Positions 41,933 to 54,193 of a DNA stretch of 64,000 nucleotides are shown here, in pieces (position 1 is the stretch's first letter; each line of letters opens with the position of its first letter). The notes under the pieces are model-generated. The model was not told where the DNA came from. It worked only from the letters and a program-made list of their open reading frames with translations, and did no database searches. A program made the translations under genes and the position numbers. Location: the IMG/VR virus record IMGVR_UViG_3300004369_000003, positions 1 to 64,000 of that record; one strand, given 5' to 3'. Source of the DNA: a virus.

Positions 41933-44413
41933 ATGCCTGGTTTTCTTGGCGGTAGTTCTGGCGGTACTGGTGGTACTGGCGGAGAAATCTCCTTTCCTAA
42001 AGAATTTATTGACCCAGTAACTAAACTTCGGGTTTCCACGCCCGAAAACCTCATTGACACCGACTTTGAGTACGGTCTCCAGCCCACCAAGTGGGAAACA
42101 GTTGAACTAATCAACAACACCCCTTCGTTTTTCTCAAAATCGGGTGACACAACCATCCCCAACATCACCTCAATCAACACGATTCAGGGTTCTCGGGAAA
42201 TTACCGTTTCTACAAAACTAGACCACGGTCTATCTGTTGGTATCCCTATCAACGTAAACGGTACAAAGTCTTTGACCGCAGACGGTGCCTACATTATTAA
42301 CTCAGTTCCAACAGCCAGGACATTTACATATCTAGCCAAAGAGAATCAGTTTTTAACAGCATCTATCGAGGACCTCTACACCTCTATCGTTACTGGTGAG
42401 TTCTTTCAAGGCTCTCAGATTCGGATTGCAGACTCTCACGGTCTGGTAACCGATGGTCAAACCCCGTCAACTCTAACTGTTACTACAGATAGTCCTCACG
42501 GGTTTGGTCCAAACACTCCTTTCTACTTCCTAAATTTGAACTCCACAATTTCTCAGGAGTTTGATTCAACTAACACCGAAGCCCAGACATTTGATTCAAG
42601 CAACAACTCAACTGCTAGAACTTTTGACTCTTCTAACTCAGATGTTTCGGTCAACTATGACTTCTCCAATCAAGCAGCAAGCCTGCCCTCTTCTGCGGTA
42701 GGTAGCCCTATCGCTGGGGTAAGTATTGAGAGTGACACCATTACGGTTGGTCATACAGCAGAAAACTTTGACGGTCTTCCCGTTGGAACTCCTCTGTATT
42801 ACAACGTAGTTGCTTCTACTGGTTATTTTTCAACAAGCCCTCGTGGCGTTGTCTACCTCAAAACAACAAACTCTCTTGGACCATCTCTTTCCACATTCCA
42901 AGTAAGCGCTATCCCCAACGGGACACCTATTGATATCACCTCTCAGATGACTGGAACCTTCCAGAAAGCTGACTTGGTGGCGTTTTTTGCTGGCAACAAC
43001 GAAGACCCAGAAAACCAAATTTCTGTAAATATTTTCAGAAGTAGCGCTTATGAATTTGACGGTGACAACTCAGAAGGCTCTACATACAACATCAACAGCA
43101 TTACTGGTCTTGGGAATATTGCTCTAAATGGGGACAGTAACTGGGCCGCTGGTCAGATGGTTTTCTACAGCACCACTGGAGCCCCCGCTACTGGTCTCAC
43201 CAACAACACCACATACTGGGTGACAGCAACAAACCCATCTGCAAGCGTTATTAACATTTCTTCTGAGCCAGGTGGAGCAACTCTTACAGCAATTTCTGGT
43301 GGAACTGGAACTCAAACACTTCAGGCCATTTCTGTTTCTGTTGACAGAAACATTCTTGCAGTTCCAGGCCACGACTTCCAGGAAGCTGACATGGTGAAGT
43401 ACAGCTATCCAGAAGGTGCTGCTTTTACAACCTCAGAGACTGCCCAAGATTATTACTACATTCAAGATGTATACCCAGACGGAACACACATCCGTTTGAC
43501 AACTCAAAAAGGATTTGTCTACGACGGAAGCACGGAGGCCCGCGCAGCAGCAAGTGCTGCCGACATCCTTGCAGCCAATCCAAGTGCCCCAGACGGAGCT
43601 TACTGGATTAAGCCAGAAGGTTCAAGCACAGCACATCTCACCTACTGCCTTAACTCAGTTGAGGGTGGCGGTTGGACTCAGATGATGAAAATTTCCACCA
43701 ATACTCTTCTCAATCCGTACAACGGTCGAATTGGTGGTTGGCCTAACACCAACATTTCATACCGATTCGGAGCAGTATGGGATGGCTGGGCATGGAACAG
43801 CGATAGCGCTTGGGACCCCCACACTGGAACGCTTCCCGACTCAGCTAATGAAGATTTCAGTGACATTGATTCCTTCTCCAAGCTGTTCCACAAGATGCCA
43901 TTCAATGATGTGATGATTGTGTCAATTGGTGACACTTCTAAGCGTCTTGGGTGGAGGCACAACGCTCAAATCGCAAACATGCGGGCTGTTACTGGTGGAA
44001 CAAACCTGACCACCTACGGCGACCAATGGCTATTCCCTGCGGTAAACCAACTTGAATACGCATGGCATCGTCAGCTTCTGGCTTACGCAGGTAACTACAA
44101 CTACCAGACCCAGACACCAACAGTCTTCGGATTCAAGATTCTGTCTGACCGAGCCAACAACTACGGCTCAATCAACAGTTATATCACTGGCGGTTATAGC
44201 ACTTTTACTTCCGCAAACGTCACTGGTCACGGTGTCGCCATGATTGGTACGGGTGGTACAGGAGCTAGCGGTGGTCGTTGGGGTGGCGGTATCGGCTTCA
44301 ACTACACCGCCAACTATGACTTCAAAGTTGGAAGCCACTTCTATAACTACGGATTTGGCACCAACATCACTAACTACCGACTCCTATACGGAATCGCCGT
44401 ATTCGTAAGGTAG
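41933..44413 (+). CDS. Virion protein with repeated beta modules and a C-terminal fibrinogen-like domain
   Basis: KLRVSTPENLIDTDFEYG N-terminus; HG-containing repeats; DGAYWIKP..YC...EGGGWT. Confidence 0.75.
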   Translation: MPGFLGGSSGGTGGTGGEISFPKEFIDPVTKLRVSTPENLIDTDFEYGLQPTKWETVELINNTPSFFSKSGDTTIPNITSINTIQGSREITVSTKLDHGLSVGIPINVNGTKSLTADGAYIINSVPTARTFTYLAKENQFLTASIEDLYTSIVTGEFFQGSQIRIADSHGLVTDGQTPSTLTVTTDSPHGFGPNTPFYFLNLNSTISQEFDSTNTEAQTFDSSNNSTARTFDSSNSDVSVNYDFSNQAASLPSSAVGSPIAGVSIESDTITVGHTAENFDGLPVGTPLYYNVVASTGYFSTSPRGVVYLKTTNSLGPSLSTFQVSAIPNGTPIDITSQMTGTFQKADLVAFFAGNNEDPENQISVNIFRSSAYEFDGDNSEGSTYNINSITGLGNIALNGDSNWAAGQMVFYSTTGAPATGLTNNTTYWVTATNPSASVINISSEPGGATLTAISGGTGTQTLQAISVSVDRNILAVPGHDFQEADMVKYSYPEGAAFTTSETAQDYYYIQDVYPDGTHIRLTTQKGFVYDGSTEARAAASAADILAANPSAPDGAYWIKPEGSSTAHLTYCLNSVEGGGWTQMMKISTNTLLNPYNGRIGGWPNTNISYRFGAVWDGWAWNSDSAWDPHTGTLPDSANEDFSDIDSFSKLFHKMPFNDVMIVSIGDTSKRLGWRHNAQIANMRAVTGGTNLTTYGDQWLFPAVNQLEYAWHRQLLAYAGNYNYQTQTPTVFGFKILSDRANNYGSINSYITGGYSTFTSANVTGHGVAMIGTGGTGASGGRWGGGIGFNYTANYDFKVGSHFYNYGFGTNITNYRLLYGIAVFVR

Positions 44414-44461
44414 TCGCAGATGTATAATAACGAGAGAACCAACCTAAGGAGTCGCTAGCAA

Positions 44462-47400
44462 ATGGCAGTGCTCGACATCACCGCTGTAGGCGGCGCAGGA
44501 ACACACACGCTCCAGAAGACAAACGTCAACCTGGATGAAGATTTTGTGTACTTCCCTGGTCGCGATGCTTCAACGACCCTATCTTCAGAAGTAACTGATG
44601 ACAGCGCCTGGGTTTTCCGTGAAGGAACTGGTGACCTAGTAGGTGCGACCAGCAACACCGTCTACTTTGTCAACTCTGATGGTTTCTCCGTCGGTCTATC
44701 CACCACCTCGGGTGGAAGCAATATTGACCTTACAAACTTTGCTCCTGGCTCTATCACTCTCAACTTCCCGTTTGTTTACAACAACAACTTCAACATTTCT
44801 TCAGTCAAGTTTGATGACCTTCAGGCTGTCAAGTACCTAACAGACGATGCAGCTATCACTGGCCTCACTTCTGGAAGTGTTTACTACGTCAAAAACCTTC
44901 TTGAGGGTCTTGGCGGAAACTCTCTATACACCTTTACCACGCATGACTTCACCACAGGTGGCTCAACAGGTCGTTACGGCCCAACAATCACGCAACTTCG
45001 GGACGAATACGTCGCTGGAGGAGCCGCTTGGGCGTCAACCTATCTCAATCAAGGTGACTTCCAGGGCTACCAAGACTGGACAGTTCCAACTGATGGGCTT
45101 TATGAGTTCACAGTAAAAGGCGCTTCTGGTCGCCAAGGAAGTTCACTTGCTGGTCAGGGAGCTGCAATTCGCGCTAGGGTTCGCCTAAATAAGGGCGAAA
45201 CTATCACGTTCCTTATCGGTCAAAGAGGTGAACTTCCACCAAATAACACCTCATGGCCTGGTTCTTCTGGTGGAACATTTGTTGTTCGTAAGTCTGGAAA
45301 TGTTCCTCTCTTCGTTGCTGGTGGTGGTTCTTCATCATCTGCAGCAACCTCCTCTCGCGGAGACACTCGCGGTAACGGTGAGCTAACCAACCGTGGTGGT
45401 ACTTCGCAGAACGGCTACGGCGGAGGCGTTGACGGATTTGGTGCTGGTGGAATTTCCACTGGTGGAGCTGGCGGTGGTTTCTACTCAAATGGTGGAAACT
45501 CCGAGCGTGGTGGCGGTGGGCAAGCCTTCATCAACGGCGGTATTGGTGGCTACCCAGCTGGTGGCTCGTCTGGTGCTGGTGGTTTCGGTGGTGGCGGTGG
45601 AGCCGACGGTGAGACCTGGGGTGGTCCTGGCGGTGCTGGTGGCTACTCAGGTGGTGCTACAAACAACCGTTCTGGCTCTCGTTGGTGCGGTGGTGGCGGT
45701 TCCTGGATTATTTCTACCGCTACAGATGTCTTTACATCCGAGGGAACATACAATGGTTCAACTCAACTTGTTGGTCGAAACATTGGAACAATTGACTGGA
45801 CCGAGCCAAATGTTGACGGTTCTGTAACTGTCACCCTTGTTGAGAGTTCTGTCTTCGGTTTCAACCTACACACAACTCCTGCTGACGCACTCAGTGATAC
45901 AGACCCAATTGCTGTTGCTCCTTCTGGAAGTTCTTATCACGCACTTGTTCCTCTTACAGTAGATGTTGATACGGACATCATCCATTTCAAGACTCCGCAC
46001 GGGTTCTTTGATGGCAAAGCAGTCAACTACTTCTTCACAGGAACACCTGTATCAACACTTAACGGCACTTCTGTTTACTACATTGATGCTCTTGACGATT
46101 ACACATTCCGTCTAAGCACCACCCCAGACCCGAATTTTACAAATATCAACCTGACTGCTCCTTCAGCTGCAACGTCTGAAGGTTTCCGAAATGTCATTGT
46201 AAACCTAGATACCAACGCAATTACGATTCCTAATCACGGATTTCTTGCCAATCAGCCAGTTAGATATCGAACAGGTGAGAATTCACCGATTACACCACTA
46301 CAGAACAACGCAACCTACTACATCAAGGAAGTTATTGATGCCAACAGGTTCACTCTAAGTCAGTCTCTTAATGGGCCAGCCCTTGACTTGACAGAACTAG
46401 GAGTCGGTGAGCACAGTTTTATCTTTATCGTCGTTAACGACCTTGAAGACAGCATCTACATTCCTAGCCACGGTTTTGTAACTGGTCAAACTATTCAGTA
46501 CGCCAAATCCCGAGACTTTGCAATCAAGCGTCTCTACTCTAGTGGTGTCTACAAGTATGTGGACACTGATGTCAACGGTGGGTTTGATGCAAACCAGTTC
46601 GTTCTTTTTGACAACGTTCAGCGTCCTGCAAGAACAGCGGCTTTCCCGACTCTAGGTATTACTAGTTACCGAAGCTCTGGAACAACTCGTTACATCACAA
46701 CTGATGCAAACCACAACTACTCGACAAACATGTTTGTCAAAATTAGTGGTCTGCCTTCAGACACCGTTGCTAATGACCGTCGCTGGAATGGTTTCTGGAG
46801 AATTACTGGTATTCAGTCTGGAAACGAATTCTCATTTACGGCTGAAGAAAGTTTTAACCAAAGCCCAACTAATGCACCAGAAGGTGCTCAAGTTGAGCGC
46901 GACCTAGATTACGAGTTCTTCCTCGGTGAGCGCAAACTTCGTATTCGAGCAATTCAGTCTTCAAGTCGTACCCGCTACATCTACTGCGACCGTCCTCACT
47001 ACCACGACAATGGCTACCTCGTAAAGATTGAGGGTATTCCAGAGCCATACGCACGTTACTTCAACGGAGAGTGGTTTAAGACCGCAGACTGGGCTGGAAA
47101 CGGTGGCTCAGGTGAGTATGGTTTCTACTGGAACGATGCGTCTGAAAGTGGCGACACAGAGGTAGACGAGTATTACACACTCCCTTACACGGACATCTGG
47201 GAGTTTGAGGCTACCGTTGTTGGCTTCGCTCGAATTGACAACATTGAAACTGGTATCAACGGTGGTGGTACTCGTCTTCGTTACCGCAACAACTATGCCT
47301 CCCTCACTCAAAGCGAAGAACTTGATGTAAGTGGTTTCGTCTCCAAGCGAAGCATGTACATCCAGAACCGCAGACTTGACAAGCGAACTCGCGTATACCT

Positions 47401-50400
47401 AGACCTTGACGTTGCACATGACCGTCAGGTCGGTGACCGAATCACTGTTGGAAGCATGGAAGACCGCTTCCGCTATGTCTTCAACAAGGAGTTCCGCGTC
47501 AATCAAGTTATTGGTGCTGACACTCTGTACTGCCAACTTGATGAGCCAGACACGAAAGAAATTGAAAGCATTCGTTTCTTTGGCGCAAACGACATGTTCA
47601 TCAACTTCACAGAACCTCACGGTTGGAGTGATGGTGGTGATGCTTGGTTTGAGGTCCGCGACCTTCCTGGCGCACCTGACCGACTCTTTTCTGGCGAATG
47701 CAACATTGTAAACCGCTACAGCACGGGAACTCGTCGTTATATTACGACAGACAATCCGCACAGGCTTGCTGCTGGTTATAGGGTTCGCGTTTATGAGTTT
47801 GACGATGGTGACGACAACAACACCTCCGAGTTCGTTGGAGACTGGGTTGTTGCTGGCATCAACAATGCAACTACTTTCTACTACGACGTAGACACTGGAA
47901 CAAACCTAACTCTAACCACAGAGAACCCAGGGGTTGTGTCTGGTCGTATGCGTCGCGCTTACTTCCTTGACACTGTTTATGGTGTCGGAATTGCATGGCG
48001 TCGCCGTGATGGAAATGTTGTCACGATGTATCTTGATAGCAACCACGATATGGTTCCTGGCGAGAAGGTTCGTATCACTCGTCTGTCAGGAAGTCAGCCA
48101 GAAGAGTTTCAAGGCTTCTTCACAATTACTGGAACTCCTGACAACCGTCAGATTCAGTATGTAACCGACAACAGTTTCTCTATTGCACAACAAAACATTG
48201 ACGGTTACGTCTACGCTAGCCACCAGATTCGTGCATATGACGAGCCTTTCTACGACTTTGCTATTGCTGGTCGTGAGCTTCTTTCGCACAACCTTGGTCA
48301 AATTACCACTCAGTATGAGCACGGATTTGATGAAGGTATGCAAGTTGTTCTCAGCAGCCTGACAGGCAACAACACTGGCGTGTTCAACGGAACATGGACA
48401 GTAGTTGAGTCTGTAAGTCCGACCCAGTTCACCTTTACAAGAACGTCTCAAGCGAACGTCACGACCTTTACGGTTACGAACCGAAGCAGGACTTCTTTCC
48501 TCTGCGACGTAACCCTAAACACAACTCACAACTTCCGAGCTGGCGACTCCGTAACTATCTCAAACATGAGTGGTACAAATATTGAGTCGTTCCAAGGAAC
48601 ACATATCATTACCTCCGTACCAGCAGCCAACAGAATTCAATTTGTTGACCCGAACAATGATTCTGGAACAATCTCTGCTGCTTCTGTTAGCGGTACCTGT
48701 GTTCTTGAAGCTGTTCCATTCGCAGCGTCTACTGGAAACATTCGACTTAACGCATACACATCTGGAACAGACATTGGTGGTGTTGTTGACCTAGTTGAAA
48801 CCTCAAACGAGGGCTTCAACGGATTTATGAACGTTGATACGTCAATTCTTGGTCTTAAGAACCGCGACACCTACTTTATTCAGAAAGTTGATGACAACAC
48901 AATTCGTCTTTCTGAAGACTCTGCCTTTACAGAAATTGCAGACATCCAAGGTGTTGGTGTGGGTAACCACTCTATTATTAACAAGTCTGTTGATTACATT
49001 CTTGACACCATCACAATTCCTAATCACGGCTTCTCTCTAGCAGAGTTGGTTGAATACGACACTGGTGGAGGAACCGCGCTAGGTGGTCTAACTACGGCAA
49101 CTCCGTACTATGTAATTCCAGTTGACGGAAACACTCTGCAGTTGGCTACTTCTGCAAACAATGCAAATAATGGTGTTGCTATTGACCTTCTAGACAATGT
49201 GACACCGACTGGTCGTCATACTCTGAAGTCTCTCATCAGAACCCCAGATGGAACTTACGCAATTAGCGATGTTCCAAGCGCCACGACGTTTGAGGTAATT
49301 GCAAACGGTTCTGTCCCATTCATTGAGAAGTCTTTTGACCCTCAATTCACTGTTGACCTTGACCTAAACGTCATTAAGGTTCCATCTCACGGTTTCTTGA
49401 CTGGAACAAAGGTTACATACGGAGACGGAGGCGGAACTGCTCTAGGTGGTCTAACAGATGGAACCATTTACTATGCAATTGCCATTAACAAGGACTATTT
49501 GAAACTTGCTGTAAGCGCTGAAGCAGCTGCTTCTGGTCAACCTCTTACCATCACCACTACTGGTGCAGGAAGCGGTCACACCTTTACATCTTCCCAAATT
49601 AACGGTCAGATTACTGGTTCAGGTACGGTTTCAACAGAAGTTGACTCGGTACTTGTAAATGGTAGCGGTACAACCTTCTCCAAGATTCTCAAGGTTGGCG
49701 ACTACTTCAGACTCTTCCCCGCTGATGCACACGAGAAGTACTACTTTGAGGCTTCAGATGTTGACTCCGCGACTACTGACCAAATTCTTGTGGCAAACCA
49801 CAACTACACCACGGGCGAGTCAGTTCTATTCAACGCTGGTTCTGGTGGTCGTCGGGTTGGAATTGCAAGAATTCAGAGCTCTGGAACAACTCGCTACATC
49901 TATACCAGTGAAAACCATGGCTACCAAAACGGTGATACGGTTACCGTCTCTGGTCTAAGTAGTGATTCTGCTTCTGACTTTGAGGGAACATACGTCATCA
50001 ACTTTGTGTCGGCTCAAGAGTTCCGCTACATAGGAGTTGAGAGTTTCACTCTTGGTGTAGAGAATCAAGCCTGGGGAGCAACGGCTTTTACCAATGGTCC
50101 TGCAGGTGTGGCTCCTGCTCCACTTGTCAACGACAAGTACTACTACGTCAGGAGAATTGACGACTCAACTGTTCGCAACATCTCTTCTCGTTATCGCACA
50201 AGCAACGTGGTTCGCATTACAACTTCAGCAAGCCACGGCCTACAGCCAGGAAACGTTGTAACTATTGAAAACATTACTGGCGTAAACCCAGAGGTGTTTA
50301 ATGGAACGCACACAATTATTGCCGTTCCTTCAGCCACGACTTTTGAGTTCAACTCAGTAGGAACAAACATTGGTAGTGCAAGTGCTAGTGGAACCATTAC

Positions 50401-53092
50401 CACAACAAGTAGCAACCTTGTAACTCTTCACCCAACCAAGACGGATGCTGTTGCAAATACAAACGCAGTTGACCTTGCTACTCAGGGTTCTGGTTCCGCT
50501 ATGTTCCTTAACCATGTAACTCCAACAGCCCCAATCGTTCGTCGAATTGCCGCTATTGGTTCAGATGAACAGGTAACAGTCACTCGTCCATACACAACGG
50601 CTTACGACGGAGTTTCTTACTCCTACCCAACCTTTGTGTATGTCCGACCTCAGGGCTACTCGTTGCACCGTCCGTTTGACGGCGGTGTTGAAATGTCTAC
50701 TGGTGCACAGACTTGGTATGGCTCAATTGTTAGGCAGACTCGTAAGTACTTCCGTTACCAGTCAGGTAAGGGTATTCAGACTTCTGCCGCTGTTAACTTC
50801 AAGCCAAGCATTGACATTGAGACAATGTACCGAGTGGGAACTTCAAATGTTATCCAGGTTCGCACCCGTCGTCCTCACGGTCTTATCAATGGCCTATTCA
50901 TCAGAATTGATGATGCTAAGGACCAGTACGGAGTTGATAGCAATGTCTACAACGGAATTTTCCAAGTAACAGTTGTTGACTCATTTAACTTAACAGTAAT
51001 TGCTGCTAACCCTATTGTTGAGCCAACTGTCTACGGATACCCAAGACTCCACGTTACGGCTTGGCAAAACGGTGCTATCCGCGCAGGTATGTTTGACTTC
51101 CAGAACGGAATGTTCTTTGAGTTTGATGGTCAAAAACTTTACGCAGTGCGTCGCTCCTCCACACAGCAGATTGCTGGAACGTTCGCTTGTTTGAACGGCT
51201 CGGAGCGCGTCTTTGGTACTAACACGGCTTTCACAACTCAGTTGAATGTCGGAGATTACATCGTTCTTCGCGGTCAGTCTTATCGTGTTGCAGACATTGA
51301 GTCCGACTCAAGAATGACAATTAAGCCAGAGTACAAAGGTTCATCTGGTAACGAGCGTGAGTTTGACCCAACTACTGTTGTCAACACAACTGCAGACACT
51401 TTCACCATCTTGAGTCACGGCTACACCCAAGACCTACCAGTTGTCTACAACTCAATTGATGGCGAGCCAATCGGTGGCCTAGTAAATGGTCGTACTTACT
51501 ATGTTGATGTTGTTACTAGTAACATCTTCAAACTAAAAGCTGCACCAGGGTCACAAGTCAATGTAAACCTGTCAACTCAGGGGACTACAACAGTTCACTC
51601 CTTTACACCAGCTAAGACTGGCATCATTGGAACATTGACTGTTGACACCAGAATTCCTCAAGAAGATTGGAGTCTAGACCCAGCCAATGGGACTGGACCA
51701 ACTGGTTACAACCTAGACCTGTCCAAGATTCAGATGATTTACATGGACTACTCCTGGTATGGTGCAGGTAAGATTCGCTTCGGATTCAAGACTGTAGACG
51801 GACAAGTTCGCTACACCCATGAGTTCACTCACAACAACCAGTTGTTTGAGTCATACTTCCGCTCTGGTAACTTGCCAGCTCGCTACGAAGTAGCTACCTA
51901 TGCAAATCCGACATACATCCCATCTCTATTCCACTGGGGTACCTCGGTCATCATGGATGGTCGATTTGACGATGACAAGGCGTACTTGTTCACCAAGTCA
52001 AGTCAGACTCTAAACATTGGTGGAACCACCGCCAAGACTTTTGGCTCTAGCGCAATTAGCTCCATCACTGACCAAATAAACATTCCGTCTCATGGTTTTG
52101 CTAACGGTGACGCAGTTCAATTTGTTGGCCTTGGCACGAATGGTCTACCGCAAAACAACAATCAAAACCCAAGAACTAGGTTCCTATCAAGCAACCCATA
52201 TGACTATCTCATAAACGAGAACACCTACTACATTCGGGCACTAGATTCGAACAACATTGCTCTAACAAACAGTCTGGCAAATGCTACGCAGACTTCTGTT
52301 CAGATTACAACTCTCAACAAGAGCAACTACCTGGTAACTGCCGACACAAACGGTAACCACAACCTTGTTCAAGGCCAGTGGGTGTTTGTCTACGTCAATC
52401 CAAGCAACACTAACTATCTTGCATATTCTGGCGTTGTTCAGGTTCAAAGCATTGTGGATGCAAACACGTTCCGCTACTATCAGTTCAGCCAGTTCAGAAG
52501 CACAGGAACCCTGACTAACCAGGCTTACGTTCTTCGCGACATGATTGACTTTTTCAATGGAGGAAACTCTCAGTCCAGCTACAGGCTGTCTCCTCAGGGG
52601 TCACTAAACAACAGTTCTGGCGCTAACTACCAGCCACTCATTTCTATCCGTCTGAGCCCTTCAGTATCTGAAGGTCTTACGGGTGCTCTGGGTGACCGAG
52701 ACGTTATTAACCGAATGCAGCTACGTCTGCAGGAAATCGGTGTTCAGACAACTCAGTTGGTTGATGTGAAGGTTCTTCTAAATGCTCGACTCAACAACTT
52801 GAACTTCATTGGTGTGGAAAACCCATCACTCGTTCAGGTAATTGAGCACACCTCTAACGACACTGTTTCTGGTGGTATCCAGGTGTACAACTTCAAGGCA
52901 TCTGGTAACCAAGGTGAAGAGCAGACCACAACTGTGGACGTAGGAGACCTGTTCGAGCTTTCTAACTCCATTCTCGGTGGTGACTCCGTGTTCCCTGACG
53001 GACCAGACATCATCACCGTGGCAGTTGCTCGTCTGACTGGTCAAGAAACATTGGCCTCAGCGAAACTGTCATGGGGCGAGGCTCAGGCGTAA
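44462..53092 (+). CDS. Giant (2876 aa) virion/tail-associated protein
   Basis: Gly-rich domain, many HG[FY]..G..V.Y repeats, C-terminal YQSGKG / YSWYGAGKIRFGF domain. Confidence 0.82.
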   Translation: MAVLDITAVGGAGTHTLQKTNVNLDEDFVYFPGRDASTTLSSEVTDDSAWVFREGTGDLVGATSNTVYFVNSDGFSVGLSTTSGGSNIDLTNFAPGSITLNFPFVYNNNFNISSVKFDDLQAVKYLTDDAAITGLTSGSVYYVKNLLEGLGGNSLYTFTTHDFTTGGSTGRYGPTITQLRDEYVAGGAAWASTYLNQGDFQGYQDWTVPTDGLYEFTVKGASGRQGSSLAGQGAAIRARVRLNKGETITFLIGQRGELPPNNTSWPGSSGGTFVVRKSGNVPLFVAGGGSSSSAATSSRGDTRGNGELTNRGGTSQNGYGGGVDGFGAGGISTGGAGGGFYSNGGNSERGGGGQAFINGGIGGYPAGGSSGAGGFGGGGGADGETWGGPGGAGGYSGGATNNRSGSRWCGGGGSWIISTATDVFTSEGTYNGSTQLVGRNIGTIDWTEPNVDGSVTVTLVESSVFGFNLHTTPADALSDTDPIAVAPSGSSYHALVPLTVDVDTDIIHFKTPHGFFDGKAVNYFFTGTPVSTLNGTSVYYIDALDDYTFRLSTTPDPNFTNINLTAPSAATSEGFRNVIVNLDTNAITIPNHGFLANQPVRYRTGENSPITPLQNNATYYIKEVIDANRFTLSQSLNGPALDLTELGVGEHSFIFIVVNDLEDSIYIPSHGFVTGQTIQYAKSRDFAIKRLYSSGVYKYVDTDVNGGFDANQFVLFDNVQRPARTAAFPTLGITSYRSSGTTRYITTDANHNYSTNMFVKISGLPSDTVANDRRWNGFWRITGIQSGNEFSFTAEESFNQSPTNAPEGAQVERDLDYEFFLGERKLRIRAIQSSSRTRYIYCDRPHYHDNGYLVKIEGIPEPYARYFNGEWFKTADWAGNGGSGEYGFYWNDASESGDTEVDEYYTLPYTDIWEFEATVVGFARIDNIETGINGGGTRLRYRNNYASLTQSEELDVSGFVSKRSMYIQNRRLDKRTRVYLDLDVAHDRQVGDRITVGSMEDRFRYVFNKEFRVNQVIGADTLYCQLDEPDTKEIESIRFFGANDMFINFTEPHGWSDGGDAWFEVRDLPGAPDRLFSGECNIVNRYSTGTRRYITTDNPHRLAAGYRVRVYEFDDGDDNNTSEFVGDWVVAGINNATTFYYDVDTGTNLTLTTENPGVVSGRMRRAYFLDTVYGVGIAWRRRDGNVVTMYLDSNHDMVPGEKVRITRLSGSQPEEFQGFFTITGTPDNRQIQYVTDNSFSIAQQNIDGYVYASHQIRAYDEPFYDFAIAGRELLSHNLGQITTQYEHGFDEGMQVVLSSLTGNNTGVFNGTWTVVESVSPTQFTFTRTSQANVTTFTVTNRSRTSFLCDVTLNTTHNFRAGDSVTISNMSGTNIESFQGTHIITSVPAANRIQFVDPNNDSGTISAASVSGTCVLEAVPFAASTGNIRLNAYTSGTDIGGVVDLVETSNEGFNGFMNVDTSILGLKNRDTYFIQKVDDNTIRLSEDSAFTEIADIQGVGVGNHSIINKSVDYILDTITIPNHGFSLAELVEYDTGGGTALGGLTTATPYYVIPVDGNTLQLATSANNANNGVAIDLLDNVTPTGRHTLKSLIRTPDGTYAISDVPSATTFEVIANGSVPFIEKSFDPQFTVDLDLNVIKVPSHGFLTGTKVTYGDGGGTALGGLTDGTIYYAIAINKDYLKLAVSAEAAASGQPLTITTTGAGSGHTFTSSQINGQITGSGTVSTEVDSVLVNGSGTTFSKILKVGDYFRLFPADAHEKYYFEASDVDSATTDQILVANHNYTTGESVLFNAGSGGRRVGIARIQSSGTTRYIYTSENHGYQNGDTVTVSGLSSDSASDFEGTYVINFVSAQEFRYIGVESFTLGVENQAWGATAFTNGPAGVAPAPLVNDKYYYVRRIDDSTVRNISSRYRTSNVVRITTSASHGLQPGNVVTIENITGVNPEVFNGTHTIIAVPSATTFEFNSVGTNIGSASASGTITTTSSNLVTLHPTKTDAVANTNAVDLATQGSGSAMFLNHVTPTAPIVRRIAAIGSDEQVTVTRPYTTAYDGVSYSYPTFVYVRPQGYSLHRPFDGGVEMSTGAQTWYGSIVRQTRKYFRYQSGKGIQTSAAVNFKPSIDIETMYRVGTSNVIQVRTRRPHGLINGLFIRIDDAKDQYGVDSNVYNGIFQVTVVDSFNLTVIAANPIVEPTVYGYPRLHVTAWQNGAIRAGMFDFQNGMFFEFDGQKLYAVRRSSTQQIAGTFACLNGSERVFGTNTAFTTQLNVGDYIVLRGQSYRVADIESDSRMTIKPEYKGSSGNEREFDPTTVVNTTADTFTILSHGYTQDLPVVYNSIDGEPIGGLVNGRTYYVDVVTSNIFKLKAAPGSQVNVNLSTQGTTTVHSFTPAKTGIIGTLTVDTRIPQEDWSLDPANGTGPTGYNLDLSKIQMIYMDYSWYGAGKIRFGFKTVDGQVRYTHEFTHNNQLFESYFRSGNLPARYEVATYANPTYIPSLFHWGTSVIMDGRFDDDKAYLFTKSSQTLNIGGTTAKTFGSSAISSITDQINIPSHGFANGDAVQFVGLGTNGLPQNNNQNPRTRFLSSNPYDYLINENTYYIRALDSNNIALTNSLANATQTSVQITTLNKSNYLVTADTNGNHNLVQGQWVFVYVNPSNTNYLAYSGVVQVQSIVDANTFRYYQFSQFRSTGTLTNQAYVLRDMIDFFNGGNSQSSYRLSPQGSLNNSSGANYQPLISIRLSPSVSEGLTGALGDRDVINRMQLRLQEIGVQTTQLVDVKVLLNARLNNLNFIGVENPSLVQVIEHTSNDTVSGGIQVYNFKASGNQGEEQTTTVDVGDLFELSNSILGGDSVFPDGPDIITVAVARLTGQETLASAKLSWGEAQA

Positions 53093-53104
53093 GGGAGGCC
53101 GCAT

Positions 53105-54192
<1,088 letters not shown>

Positions 54193-54193
<1 letters not shown>

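Noticed and set aside
44050-44413. AAC-rich C-terminus as a diversity-generating retroelement target
   Set aside because: No template repeat and no reverse transcriptase visible in the window
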